Source: Bacteroidales bacterium
GTDB lineage: Bacteria > Bacteroidota > Bacteroidia > Bacteroidales > JAGONC01
Assembly (NCBI GenBank): GCA_023133655.1
Contig: JAGLWB010000041.1
Coordinates: 5,405 to 69,404 of the forward strand
Direction of reading: 5' to 3'
DNA length: 64,000 nucleotides
A program made the position numbers and the translations under genes. The stretch's first letter is position 1. Each line of letters opens with the position of its first letter. Below are positions 28,072 to 37,413 of the stretch, one piece after another. Under the pieces are notes generated by a model. That model saw nothing but the letters and a program-made list of their open reading frames with translations. It made no database searches and was not told where the DNA came from.

Positions 28072-30171
28072 CTATCTCTTTTTAAACTCTTCAATTCCGT
28101 TATCTAAAAAATCAACAAATTCCTGAATGTCCAGATCGTATGCCCTTGGAGGAATGAGCATCTCACCTTTATTATCCAATAAAACATAGTAAGGTTGAGC
28201 ATTTACATTGAACCTGGAAATCTGAAAATCAGCATATATTTTTCCAATAGTTTTTTTCGTTTTACCATCATATGCCGAAACGATCCATTCTTCTTCGGGC
28301 AACTTAGTTTTATCATCAACATAAAGAGCAATAACGATGAAATCATCCCGTAACCGTTTTAGCACCTTCAGATCTGACCAAACGTTGGCTTCCATTTCAC
28401 GGCAGTTAACACACCCGTGACCGGTAAAATCAATAAACATGGGTTTATTTTGTTCCTGTGCACATTTAAGGCCCTGCTCATAATCGAAGTACCCTTCCAA
28501 TCCATGAGGTAAATGAAGAAAGTCACTGTATTTCGGTCTTTCACAGATAGAGGTTCGCGTATGATCATCACCTCTTGAGCCCGTCGTAAATTGCGTATTC
28601 TCGCGAATGATGTTATTTAAATCAAAATCATGAGATTGTTGTGGTGGCATATACCCTGATAATGCTTTAAGTGGTGCGCCAAACATGCCTGGTATCATGT
28701 AAACAACAAAAGAAAATGTAATAATTGCCAATGTAATTCTAGTGACACTGATGAATGGAAGATCGCTATCATGAGAAAATTTCAATTTACCTAAAATATA
28801 CAATCCCATCAGGGTGAAAATAACAATCCAAAAAGCCAGGTAAACTTCACGATCAAGGAGTCCCCAATGGTAGGTCTGGTCAGCTATACTTAAAAACTTC
28901 AGGCCCAATGCCAGCTCAATAAAACCCAGGATCACTTTAACGGAGTTAAGCCACCCCCCTGATTTGGGAAGGTTAGCAAGCCATGATGGAAAAAATGCAA
29001 ACAATGTAAAAGGCAATGCAAAAGCCAGTGAAAACCCAAACATGCCGATAATTGGTTTCAGCACATCACCTCCAGCTGATTCAACAAGAATAGCTCCAAC
29101 CAATGGGCCGGTACAAGAAAAGGAAACCAAAACAAGGGTAAAAGCCATAAAAAAGGCACCGGTAAATCCACCTTTATCCGCTTGTTTATCCGCTTTGGTG
29201 ATCATCCAGCTTGGTAGCGTAATCTCAAATGCCCCCAGAAAAGAGGCAGCAAAAATCATAAAAATCAGGAAAAAGATTACATTAGGAACCCAGTGCGTGC
29301 TAAGGAAATTTGCAAAATTCGCTCCAAGTGTAACAGCAACAATAGTACCGACGATGGTATATATAGCAATAATGGAAATACCATAAACAATAGCCTGGAA
29401 CCTTGCCCTTTTCTTATTTTCACTATCATGCATAAAGAAGGTCACGGTCATTGGTATCATGGGAAAAACGCAAGGTGTTAATATACCAGCAAAACCAGCC
29501 AGCATAGCAACAAAGAAAAACACCCACAATGACCGTTTCATTTTACCTTGAACATCGGGCACAGTAACCTCATCGGCTACTTGATCTTCTTCATTTGCCG
29601 GGATTTCTTCTCCAACACCCAATGTCAGAGACTCCAAACCAGGAACCGAAAGTTCTTTCTTCTCCTCTGATTCTGAAGAAAGTTGAGTTGAGGCATCTTG
29701 ATCACCATGAAAGGTAAATGAAAACTCCTCATCATCAGGAGGCAGGCATTTTGTATCATCACAACACATAAAATTTACATATCCCTTTACTGTTACAGGC
29801 TCGTTGGTGAGCAAACGTACTCTTTGGGTAAAGATGGCTTCCTCTGCAAAATACTTAAGGACCATTTCAAAATTATCGTCGTACTCCTCAATGGCTATTG
29901 ATTCCTCAACATTACCGATTAGTTCATACCCCTCAATATTCTCAAACACAAAGGTTGTAGCCGGAGGGCTCATAGGAATATCCTGAGAATAAAGATGCCA
30001 TTTATATTCTATCGTTGCTTTGAAAATTAGTTCAACTTCATTGCTTTCGATCTCGTTGCTTTCAAAATACCACTTAACTGGTTCATAAATCTGTGAACTT
30101 CCGAGGAAAGAAAACAGGAAAATGAAGGTTGATAACAGGTAGGCTTTCTTAAAATAAGTCATATTGTTCAA
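28072..30171 (-). CDS. dsbD: Thiol:disulfide interchange protein DsbD (protein-disulfide reductase)
   Basis: Signal peptide plus N-terminal domain, central multi-TM core with 'CVFPMIP', and a C-terminal thioredoxin domain 'GHGCVNCREME'. 699 aa. Confidence 0.9.
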   Translation of the reverse strand: MNNMTYFKKAYLLSTFIFLFSFLGSSQIYEPVKWYFESNEIESNEVELIFKATIEYKWHLYSQDIPMSPPATTFVFENIEGYELIGNVEESIAIEEYDDNFEMVLKYFAEEAIFTQRVRLLTNEPVTVKGYVNFMCCDDTKCLPPDDEEFSFTFHGDQDASTQLSSESEEKKELSVPGLESLTLGVGEEIPANEEDQVADEVTVPDVQGKMKRSLWVFFFVAMLAGFAGILTPCVFPMIPMTVTFFMHDSENKKRARFQAIVYGISIIAIYTIVGTIVAVTLGANFANFLSTHWVPNVIFFLIFMIFAASFLGAFEITLPSWMITKADKQADKGGFTGAFFMAFTLVLVSFSCTGPLVGAILVESAGGDVLKPIIGMFGFSLAFALPFTLFAFFPSWLANLPKSGGWLNSVKVILGFIELALGLKFLSIADQTYHWGLLDREVYLAFWIVIFTLMGLYILGKLKFSHDSDLPFISVTRITLAIITFSFVVYMIPGMFGAPLKALSGYMPPQQSHDFDLNNIIRENTQFTTGSRGDDHTRTSICERPKYSDFLHLPHGLEGYFDYEQGLKCAQEQNKPMFIDFTGHGCVNCREMEANVWSDLKVLKRLRDDFIVIALYVDDKTKLPEEEWIVSAYDGKTKKTIGKIYADFQISRFNVNAQPYYVLLDNKGEMLIPPRAYDLDIQEFVDFLDNGIEEFKKR

Positions 30172-30197
30172 ATTAAAATGAATATGATTTGAGGCTG

Positions 30198-30205
30198 CAA
30201 AGGTA
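30198..30205 (-). promoter_or_regulatory. Putative -7 box (TACCTTTG on minus strand) for dsbD
   Basis: CAAAGGTA on the plus strand, 27 nt upstream of the ATG. Confidence 0.35.
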
Positions 30206-30278
30206 ATAAATACGGATAAACCGGAATTGTTAAATTTTGTTATATTATTATGTATATCTGTTTATCTTAAGCATGGAA

Positions 30279-31610
30279 TTATCTTATTTCCAGCCGATAG
30301 ATATTTTTTGTATTGAAAGTGATCTTAAAGCGTTCGTCAATTCTGTGCCCGATCAACCATACAATATCATTTCCAGAGATCAATAACCATGCGCCTTTTT
30401 TTTCAGGAAGAGAAATTTTATTGTCAATAAAAAAATCGCTTATTTTTTTTCTTCCACTCATACCCAATGGGTGAAACGCATCGCCTTCTCTCCATCTCCG
30501 GAGCATCAATGGAAAGGTAAGCTTATCATAGTCCAGACAGGCAACAGAAGCGGAAGCCTCGATTTTATAGTTACCAGGATCGCTTATTATCTCCATGTAT
30601 AACATAAATGGTTCAGACAGGGAGGTAACTCCTCTTTGCACCATGTAAGTGGCATTAAGATTATTTTTTTCATCAGGAATAATGATCAAAACATCTCTAT
30701 CCTTGACCAAACGATGGGTTTTTGAGTAAAATGTTTTACCTGAGATAGCATCAAAAGATCGGATAATATCCTTAACCACCTGATAATTAAAACCATAAGG
30801 GGAAAGAAACTCAAATAACCATGCGTTCAGGGGCGATAATTTTTTTAGAGAAGGAATGGATAGCTTAATGGCATTATCTTTTCCCGTCTTAATAATTTTT
30901 TTCTTTATTGCATCTATTTCTTTCCTGTAAATAATTTCAGAATTTTTTATTCGCTCAATGGTTTCATTCATTGCCCTTTGGTAATCCGGATTAATTTCAG
31001 CAAGTACAGGTATTAGTTGCAGTCGTATTTTGTTTCGTTGATATTTAAGAGACAGGTTTGATTTATCTATCCTGAAATTCAATTGATTATCATTAATATA
31101 ATTTTCGATTTCTTTTCGATTGGAAAACATCAGGGGGCGGATTACATTATTTTGCATTGGCAAAATACCGTGCAAGCCAGCAATACCTGTTCCACGAAGA
31201 AGGTTGATAAAAAAAGTTTCAATCTGATCATCCAGGTGGTGAGCAGTTGCAAGGTAATGGTAGCCTTTTTCACTCAGCAATTGGTCAAACCATTTATACC
31301 TGAGTTCCCGAGCTGCCATCTGTACCGAAACCCCATGTTGTTTAGCGTACTCATCCGTATTAAATCGTTCCACGTAACATTCACAATTCATTCGTGACGC
31401 CATTTGTTCGACAAAATGAGCATCCATTTCCGACTCTTCTCCTCTGAGCTGAAAGTTACAGTGAGCTATACCAAAAAGATAACCTGCCCGGTAAAAAAGA
31501 TCTGCCAGGGCAACAGAATCCATTCCTCCGCTAACGGCAAGTAAAATCTTGTCTGTTTCGGGGTTAAAAAGTCTAAGCCTTTGAAAATAATTAATAAATT
31601 TCTGAAGCAT
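30279..31610 (-). CDS. tilS: tRNA(Ile)-lysidine synthase
   Basis: PP-loop 'SGGMDS' and 'HHLDDQ'. 443 aa. The start codon overlaps the korB stop (TAATG). Confidence 0.9.
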   Translation of the reverse strand: MLQKFINYFQRLRLFNPETDKILLAVSGGMDSVALADLFYRAGYLFGIAHCNFQLRGEESEMDAHFVEQMASRMNCECYVERFNTDEYAKQHGVSVQMAARELRYKWFDQLLSEKGYHYLATAHHLDDQIETFFINLLRGTGIAGLHGILPMQNNVIRPLMFSNRKEIENYINDNQLNFRIDKSNLSLKYQRNKIRLQLIPVLAEINPDYQRAMNETIERIKNSEIIYRKEIDAIKKKIIKTGKDNAIKLSIPSLKKLSPLNAWLFEFLSPYGFNYQVVKDIIRSFDAISGKTFYSKTHRLVKDRDVLIIIPDEKNNLNATYMVQRGVTSLSEPFMLYMEIISDPGNYKIEASASVACLDYDKLTFPLMLRRWREGDAFHPLGMSGRKKISDFFIDNKISLPEKKGAWLLISGNDIVWLIGHRIDERFKITFNTKNIYRLEIR

Positions 31611-32647
31611 TATATTGTCCAGACGTTACCGCTGTTTATCAGATCATCAACGGTTTTAATAGAAGTATTCTCTTTTGCCTTATTAATTTGTTGAAAAAGA
31701 AGTTCCTCAAAAACACAACATTCATAATCTCTAATAACTCCGGTGGCAACCGGGTACTCCGGTAATGTCATTCGGGCGAGCATATAATGCAGAGCATCGT
31801 CAGAGCTTGACGCATTATGCACCAGAATATCATCTTCGTTAATCCCGTTTTCTCCTATAGTCACGACCTCCAATCTATATCCCTTAAGAATCAAACCTTT
31901 ATTTCGCTCTTTACCAAATATCATAGGTTTTCCATGCTCGAGGTATATTTGATTATCATCTCTCACATTTTTCCCGGTAATTTCCTGGTGAATTTTATTA
32001 TTAAAAATCACGCAATTCTGTAAAATTTCTACAACGGAAGTACCATGATGTTTTGCCGCCAGAACAAAAACTTCTTTCATTCGTTTCGGTTCGGTATCAA
32101 CTACCCTTGCAAAGAATGATCCTCCTGCACCCATGGCTAACTCCCCGGGAATAAATGGATTTTCAATAGTTCCATCTGGTGATGATTTTGTTTTGCTGCC
32201 CTTAGGTGTTGTTGGGGAAAACTGGCCCTTTGTTAATCCATAAATCTTATTATTAAACAATAAGATATTAACATCAATGTTCCGTCTTATGATATGGATA
32301 AAGTGATTACCTCCTATGGCCATGCTATCGCCATCACCTGTGATGTGCCAAACACTTAAATCAGGGTTGGCAATCTTCAATCCAGAGGCAATTGCGGCAC
32401 CTCTGCCATGTAGGCCGTGAAACCCAAAAGTATTGATATAATATGGAAACCGGGAAGAGCATCCAATACCTGAAACAAAAACAACATTCTCTTTTTTAGC
32501 ACCTATTTCAGGCAGAGCATTTTGAACAGATGATAAAACAGCATAGTCGCCACAACCTGCACACCATTTAACTGGTTTATCAAGTTTAAAATCGCTTCGG
32601 GAAAGCAACGGTTCACTTTCAATTATTGTTGGCACCTCTGTTTTCAT
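31610..32647 (-). CDS. korB: 2-oxoglutarate/2-oxoacid:ferredoxin oxidoreductase beta subunit
   Basis: 'CAGCGDY' and the TPP-binding 'ITGDGDSMAIGGNH'. ATGA overlap with korA. Confidence 0.9.
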   Translation of the reverse strand: MKTEVPTIIESEPLLSRSDFKLDKPVKWCAGCGDYAVLSSVQNALPEIGAKKENVVFVSGIGCSSRFPYYINTFGFHGLHGRGAAIASGLKIANPDLSVWHITGDGDSMAIGGNHFIHIIRRNIDVNILLFNNKIYGLTKGQFSPTTPKGSKTKSSPDGTIENPFIPGELAMGAGGSFFARVVDTEPKRMKEVFVLAAKHHGTSVVEILQNCVIFNNKIHQEITGKNVRDDNQIYLEHGKPMIFGKERNKGLILKGYRLEVVTIGENGINEDDILVHNASSSDDALHYMLARMTLPEYPVATGVIRDYECCVFEELLFQQINKAKENTSIKTVDDLINSGNVWTI

Positions 32648-34503
32648 GACTTTACCTCTTTCAGGATTTTTTTAAACTTTCTTTTTAACTCGGAGATCAT
32701 AAATGGTAGTCCTTGAATTTTATTATATTGTATCAATTCAAACTCCGGGAGCCTGGCCCTAAGATACAAGGCAAATTGTCCAAGGTTCAATTCACAAACA
32801 ACAATCTTTTTAAAGCCTTTAAATATTTCTCTGGTATTTTTCGGTAACGGTTTTATATAGTTAAATTGAGCAAGGCTTATCTTATTTCCTTTTTCCTGAA
32901 GTTCCTGAACAGCGCTTAAGAGAGAGCCATATGTGCCACCCCATCCAACCACCAGTAGATCTCCGGTTTTCTCACCGAACACTTTCTGTTCAGGGATATA
33001 ATTAGCCACCCGTTGAACTTTCTTTTCCCTTAGGCGCACCATTTTTTCATGGTTCAGCGGATCATGCGAAACATCGCCAGTAACATCTTCTTTTTCAAGA
33101 CTACCAATTCTGTGGCGTAATCCTTTTTGGCCGGGTAATGCCCAATAGCGGTTCAATTTTTTGTAATTTCTCTTATATGGCTGATAATCCGGGTCATAAT
33201 CCTCAACCATAGGAGGATCTATTCGTGGCAAGGACGAGACTTTCTTCAGTTTCCACAACTCAGACCCATTGGCAAGGTATCCATCTGTTAATAAAATGAC
33301 AGGAGTCATATGTTCGATGGCAATTTTTGACGCCATGTAACTATACCTAAAGCAATCTGCTGGTGTAGAGGCAGCAATAACAACGGTCGGACTTTCTCCG
33401 TTTCTGCCAAAAAGCGCCTGAAGCAAATCGCCCTGTTCAGTTTTTGTTGGTAATCCCGTTGAAGGGCCTCCTCTTTGTACATCAATAATAACAAGCGGTA
33501 ACTCAGTAATCACAGCCAGGCCAATAGCTTCACTTTTCAAAGCCAGGCCAGGGCCAGAGGTAGTAGTTACAGCCAAATTTCCTGCAAAACTGGCACCAAT
33601 AGCCGAGTTAATCCCGGCAAGTTCATCCTCTGCCTGAAAGGTTTTAACTCCCAGATGTTTTCGTTTTGCTAATTCCTGAAGAATCTCCGTTGCAGGCGTA
33701 ATAGGATATGAACCAAGAAAAAGAGGCCTTCCCGATCGTTCTGAAGCGGCCATCAAACCCCAGGCTACAGCAATATTTCCCGTAAAATTACGAAACTTAC
33801 CTTTTCGGTCTTTGGTTGGCAATATCATAAACCGGGACCTCAAGGCTTCAATTGTTTCAGCGTAATCGTAACCGGCCCTTAAAACCAATTTGTTGGCTTT
33901 GGCTAACAAAGGCTTGGAAGCAAACTTTTCATCCAAAAATTGTTCGCCAAAATTCAGGTCCCTTTCAAGAAGCCAATATAAAATACCAACAGCAAATTGA
34001 TTTTTTGTTTTTTCGGCCGTTTTGCTATCCAAACCAAGCTCTTTGGTAGTTGCTAAATTCAGGGTACTAATCGGTGCTTTTACAACGTTATAGCCATCCA
34101 GCGAATCATCTTCAAGAGGATCCTCTATATAGCCTGCTCTTTTATAATGTCTGGAATCAAAATTATCAATATCTATTATGATTGTAGCTCCCTTTTTAAC
34201 CCATCTCATATTGGCTTTCAGGGCGGCGGGGTTCATAGCCACCAAAACATCTGCCTGGTCGCCGGGAGTTTTTACCTCCTTATAACCAATATGTACCTGA
34301 AACCCTGAAACACCAGCCATGGTTCCTTGCGGAGCCCTGATCTCAGATGGATAGTCGGGAAAAGTGGAGAGGTCGTTACCTACAAAAGCAGAAGTATCGG
34401 AAAACTGAGTGCCACTTAGCTGCATTCCATCGCCCGAATCGCCAGCAAATTTAACCACCACATCTTTTAACTTGATCGTCTTCTTTTTTGTTTCTGTTGA
34501 CAT
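32644..34503 (-). CDS. korA: 2-oxoglutarate/2-oxoacid:ferredoxin oxidoreductase alpha subunit
   Basis: Fused gamma/alpha-type domains ('GDSGDGMQ', 'SYPITPATEI'). ATG at 34503 ('MSTETKKK') preferred over the track start 34560. Confidence 0.9.
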   Translation of the reverse strand: MSTETKKKTIKLKDVVVKFAGDSGDGMQLSGTQFSDTSAFVGNDLSTFPDYPSEIRAPQGTMAGVSGFQVHIGYKEVKTPGDQADVLVAMNPAALKANMRWVKKGATIIIDIDNFDSRHYKRAGYIEDPLEDDSLDGYNVVKAPISTLNLATTKELGLDSKTAEKTKNQFAVGILYWLLERDLNFGEQFLDEKFASKPLLAKANKLVLRAGYDYAETIEALRSRFMILPTKDRKGKFRNFTGNIAVAWGLMAASERSGRPLFLGSYPITPATEILQELAKRKHLGVKTFQAEDELAGINSAIGASFAGNLAVTTTSGPGLALKSEAIGLAVITELPLVIIDVQRGGPSTGLPTKTEQGDLLQALFGRNGESPTVVIAASTPADCFRYSYMASKIAIEHMTPVILLTDGYLANGSELWKLKKVSSLPRIDPPMVEDYDPDYQPYKRNYKKLNRYWALPGQKGLRHRIGSLEKEDVTGDVSHDPLNHEKMVRLREKKVQRVANYIPEQKVFGEKTGDLLVVGWGGTYGSLLSAVQELQEKGNKISLAQFNYIKPLPKNTREIFKGFKKIVVCELNLGQFALYLRARLPEFELIQYNKIQGLPFMISELKRKFKKILKEVKS

Positions 34504-34527
34504 CTTTAATGGTTTAAAAATCAAGGG

Positions 34528-34535
34528 CAAAGTTA
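34528..34535 (-). promoter_or_regulatory. Putative -7 box (TAACTTTG on minus strand) for korAB-tilS
   Basis: CAAAGTTA on the plus strand, 25 nt upstream of the ATG at 34503. Confidence 0.35.
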
Positions 34536-34601
34536 TATCATTTATCAATGATACATTCAACTTTTTTCTCTTTTTTTTGCATTATTCAAGAATATTTAAA
34601 A

Positions 34602-34609
34602 TATATTTG
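34602..34609 (+). promoter_or_regulatory. Putative -7 box (TATATTTG) for the ferredoxin gene
   Basis: TAnnTTTG match 59 nt upstream of the ATG at 34668. Confidence 0.4.
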
Positions 34610-34667
34610 CAGCGTAATAAACATAAATAACAATTACTTTTATTATTAACCTTAATTTTATTAAGTT

Positions 34668-34835
34668 ATGGCTTACAAAATCACTGATGATTGTACTGCT
34701 TGTGGAACATGCATTGACGAATGCCCTGTTGAGGCAATCTCTGAAGGTGACATCTACGTAATAGATCCCGACATCTGTACTGATTGTGGATCATGCGCAG
34801 ACGTGTGCCCGGTAGAAGCAATTCATCCGGAATAA
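34668..34835 (+). CDS. 2x[4Fe-4S] clostridial-type ferredoxin (55 aa; below the ORF-track cutoff)
   Basis: Hand translation gives MAYKITDDCTACGTCIDECPVEAISEGDIYVIDPDICTDCGSCADVCPVEAIHPE*. It carries two CxxCxxCxxxCP motifs. Divergent from korAB and followed by a strong terminator. Confidence 0.9.
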   Translation: MAYKITDDCTACGTCIDECPVEAISEGDIYVIDPDICTDCGSCADVCPVEAIHPE

Positions 34836-34889
34836 TTCTAACACAAAAGAGGTTAGATAAGGTACATTAATTGCAATCATTAAGAATTA

Positions 34890-34920
34890 AAAAAAGTCCA
34901 CAACAATGTGGACTTTTTTT
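34890..34920 (+). terminator. Rho-independent (bidirectional-looking) terminator after the ferredoxin gene
   Basis: AAAAAA-GTCCAC-aacaat-GTGGAC-TTTTTTT. The 6-bp GC-containing stem is flanked by an A-run and a T-run. Confidence 0.7.
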
Positions 34921-34969
34921 GTTTACTCAGATACATGGCTAATTGCCGAAAAATTATCTATAAATTCGT

Positions 34970-34977
34970 TAATTTTG
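34970..34977 (+). promoter_or_regulatory. Putative -7 box (TAATTTTG) upstream of the sucA-like relic and nadB
   Basis: TAnnTTTG match 28 nt upstream of the ATG at 35005. Confidence 0.35.
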
Positions 34978-35004
34978 CACTAATTTAATCAGTTAATCTA
35001 ATTC

Positions 35005-35163
35005 ATGGATAAGTTATTATATCTTCAAAATGCTGATCCGGCTTTGATTGAAGAATTATATACTAACTTCAGGAAGGATCCTGAATCTGTGGGATTTCTG
35101 GTAAAAGTAAAAGAGATGCTTGAAAACCCTTCTAAACTTATAGATAATGAGGAAAAAATTTGA
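35005..35163 (+). pseudogene. Relic of the N-terminus of 2-oxoglutarate dehydrogenase E1 (sucA); 52-codon ORF overlapping the nadB start
   Basis: Translation is MDKLLYLQNADPALIEELYTNFRKDPESVGFLVKVKEMLENPSKLIDNEEKI*. Residues 6-29 align with the conserved SucA N-terminus (E. coli 'YLSGANQSWIEQLYEDFLTDPDSV', recalled): Y-L-x2-A-x4-I-E-x-L-Y-x2-F-x2-D-P-x-S-V. Similarity stops after ~30 codons. Confidence 0.4.
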
Positions 35164-36760
35164 TTTTCTGGTTATCGGATCAGGTATTGCCGGTTTAACT
35201 TATGCATTAAAAGTAGCAAGCTTTGGTAGCGTGTGTATCATAACTAAAACAAAGGCAGATGAAACTGCAACCAGATATGCACAGGGTGGTGTTGCAGCTG
35301 TTATGTATACACCTGATTCTTATGAAAAACATATTCAGGACACCATTGTAGCTGGAGATGCACTTAGTGATGAAGAGATCGTTCGCATTACTATTACCGA
35401 ATCTACCGATCGGATAAAAGAGCTGATTGAATGGGGTGCGCAGTTTGATAAAAAGGAATCAGGCCAGTATGATTTGGCAAAAGAAGGAGGTCACTCAGAG
35501 CAAAGGGTATTACATCATAAAGACCATACCGGAGAAGAGATTGAGCTTACTCTTTTGAATCAGGTAAGAAAGAATCCAACTATAGAGATTTTAGAAGATC
35601 ATTTCGTAATAGATATCATAACGCAGCACCACCTTGGCCAAAAGGTAACCAGAAAAACAAAAGACATTACCTGCTACGGAGCATATGTGTTTAATAGAAA
35701 AAATAAGGAAATTTTTACTCTCCTGGCCAGAAAAACGATGATCAGTACTGGGGGGGTTGGAAACGTATACAGCATAACAACCAATCCTGAGATTGCTACA
35801 GGAGATGGGATTGCCATGGTTTACAGAGCTAAAGGCCTTGTTGAAAAAATGGAATTTATTCAGTTTCACCCTACTGCTCTTTACAATCCGACAGAAAAAC
35901 CATCCTTTTTAATTACCGAGGCTTTGCGAGGCTTTGGTGCCATCTTGAAAACCATTAAAGGGGAAGAATTCATGCACAAATACGATGAAAGAGGGTGCCT
36001 TGCTCCGAGAGATATTGTTGCCCGTGCCATTGACAATGAGATGAAGATATCAGGGGATAATTATGTGTGCCTCGATTGCCGCCATATTGACAAGAATGAC
36101 TTAATAAACCATTTCCCAACCATTTATGCCAAGTGTTTGAGTATAGGTATTGATATCACAAATGAGATGATACCTGTTGTTCCCGCAGCGCATTATGCTT
36201 GTGGTGGTATCAAAGTTGATAAATGGGCCAGAACATCTATCTACAATTTATATGCTTCAGGGGAGTGCGCTTCAACAGGATTACACGGCGCTAATCGTTT
36301 GGCTTCTAATTCGCTTCTTGAATCGTTGGTTTTTTCACACCGGGCAGGTATCGATTCAATAAAACGACTCGAAACTATCGATCTGAAACAGCATATCCCA
36401 GCCTGGGATGATGAAGGTATGGTGATGAATGAAGAGCTGATTTTGATCACTCAAACTATCAAGGAATTACAGTCAATCATGACCCATTACGTAGGAATTG
36501 TTCGATCTAACCTCAGATTACAGCGAGCGCTCGACCGCCTTGAAATTATTTACAGAGAAACAGAAGAGTTGTATCACAAATCAAACGTTTCGGTCAAAAT
36601 TTGTGAATTACGCAACTTGATTAATAATGCATACCTGATCATTAAAATGGCAATGGACAGAAAAGAAAGCAGGGGGTTGCATTATTCGATCGACTATCCC
36701 AAAGTCATCAATAATGACTACGAAAAAGAGATAAATATTACAGATTCTCCTCCCTCTTAA
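35147..36760 (+). CDS. nadB: L-aspartate oxidase
   Basis: FAD motif 'DFLVIGSGIAGL', and 'GGI..D' / 'LYA.GE.A.TG.HGANRLASNSLLE' matching 'LYASGECASTGLHGANRLASNSLLE'. 537 aa. Confidence 0.95.
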   Translation: MRKKFDFLVIGSGIAGLTYALKVASFGSVCIITKTKADETATRYAQGGVAAVMYTPDSYEKHIQDTIVAGDALSDEEIVRITITESTDRIKELIEWGAQFDKKESGQYDLAKEGGHSEQRVLHHKDHTGEEIELTLLNQVRKNPTIEILEDHFVIDIITQHHLGQKVTRKTKDITCYGAYVFNRKNKEIFTLLARKTMISTGGVGNVYSITTNPEIATGDGIAMVYRAKGLVEKMEFIQFHPTALYNPTEKPSFLITEALRGFGAILKTIKGEEFMHKYDERGCLAPRDIVARAIDNEMKISGDNYVCLDCRHIDKNDLINHFPTIYAKCLSIGIDITNEMIPVVPAAHYACGGIKVDKWARTSIYNLYASGECASTGLHGANRLASNSLLESLVFSHRAGIDSIKRLETIDLKQHIPAWDDEGMVMNEELILITQTIKELQSIMTHYVGIVRSNLRLQRALDRLEIIYRETEELYHKSNVSVKICELRNLINNAYLIIKMAMDRKESRGLHYSIDYPKVINNDYEKEINITDSPPS

Positions 36761-36798
36761 TAAGGAATAACCATCATTACAAAATAATTTTCTGCAAT

Positions 36799-37314
36799 TT
36801 ATTGGATGCCTAGCTTAGCTTTTACAAGGTCGAGGATATCATCACCCGGGTCGGCAAAAAGGACCAAGCCTCCAGTAGTATTAAAGATATAAGTAAAGCC
36901 ATGCTCTTTTGCGACTTCTTTTACTGCCTTTTCGGCTTTTTCAATCAAAGGAGCTGTCAATTCAGCCTCTTTACTCTGCATATCTTGCTGCGCGGAATAC
37001 TGAAAAGCTTCCATCCGTGCCTGTAAATCCTGGATCTCTTTCTCTTTGGTCTGTTTAATAATTGTAGACATAGTTTCGAGGTTTGTCTGATAATCAAGAA
37101 CCTTGTTTTCTAATTCACCTTGCATTGCATCAAATTGTCGCTGAATAGTTCTTGCATACTGTTCATACCGGATTTTAACAGAGTCAAGTCCAGGCATAGA
37201 ATTATACAATTCGGCAAAATCCAAATGGCCAAATTTCTCTCCGGTTTGGGCTGATAATGAACCTGCCATCAAAAATAAAAAAACTACAATAAATACTTTT
37301 CCAATTTTTTTCAT
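36799..37314 (-). CDS. OmpH/Skp-family periplasmic chaperone
   Basis: Signal peptide, ~170 aa, helical Q/E/K-rich body. Downstream of bamA as in other Bacteroidota. Confidence 0.85.
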   Translation of the reverse strand: MKKIGKVFIVVFLFLMAGSLSAQTGEKFGHLDFAELYNSMPGLDSVKIRYEQYARTIQRQFDAMQGELENKVLDYQTNLETMSTIIKQTKEKEIQDLQARMEAFQYSAQQDMQSKEAELTAPLIEKAEKAVKEVAKEHGFTYIFNTTGGLVLFADPGDDILDLVKAKLGIQ

Positions 37315-37355
37315 AATATGCTCTATAATATTAAATGGTTACAACAAAGGAGGGG

Positions 37356-37363
37356 CAAATATA
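37356..37363 (-). promoter_or_regulatory. Putative -7 box (TATATTTG on minus strand) for the second skp paralogue
   Basis: CAAATATA on the plus strand, 42 nt upstream of the ATG at 37314. Confidence 0.35.
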
Positions 37364-37413
37364 TAAATAAATGAAATGATTTGTGTACTATAAATAGCAA
37401 ATGAAAGAAAAAA

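Noticed and set aside
28964-29386. 140-aa ORF antisense within dsbD.
   Set aside because: Embedded opposite the DsbD membrane core. No motif and no promoter context.
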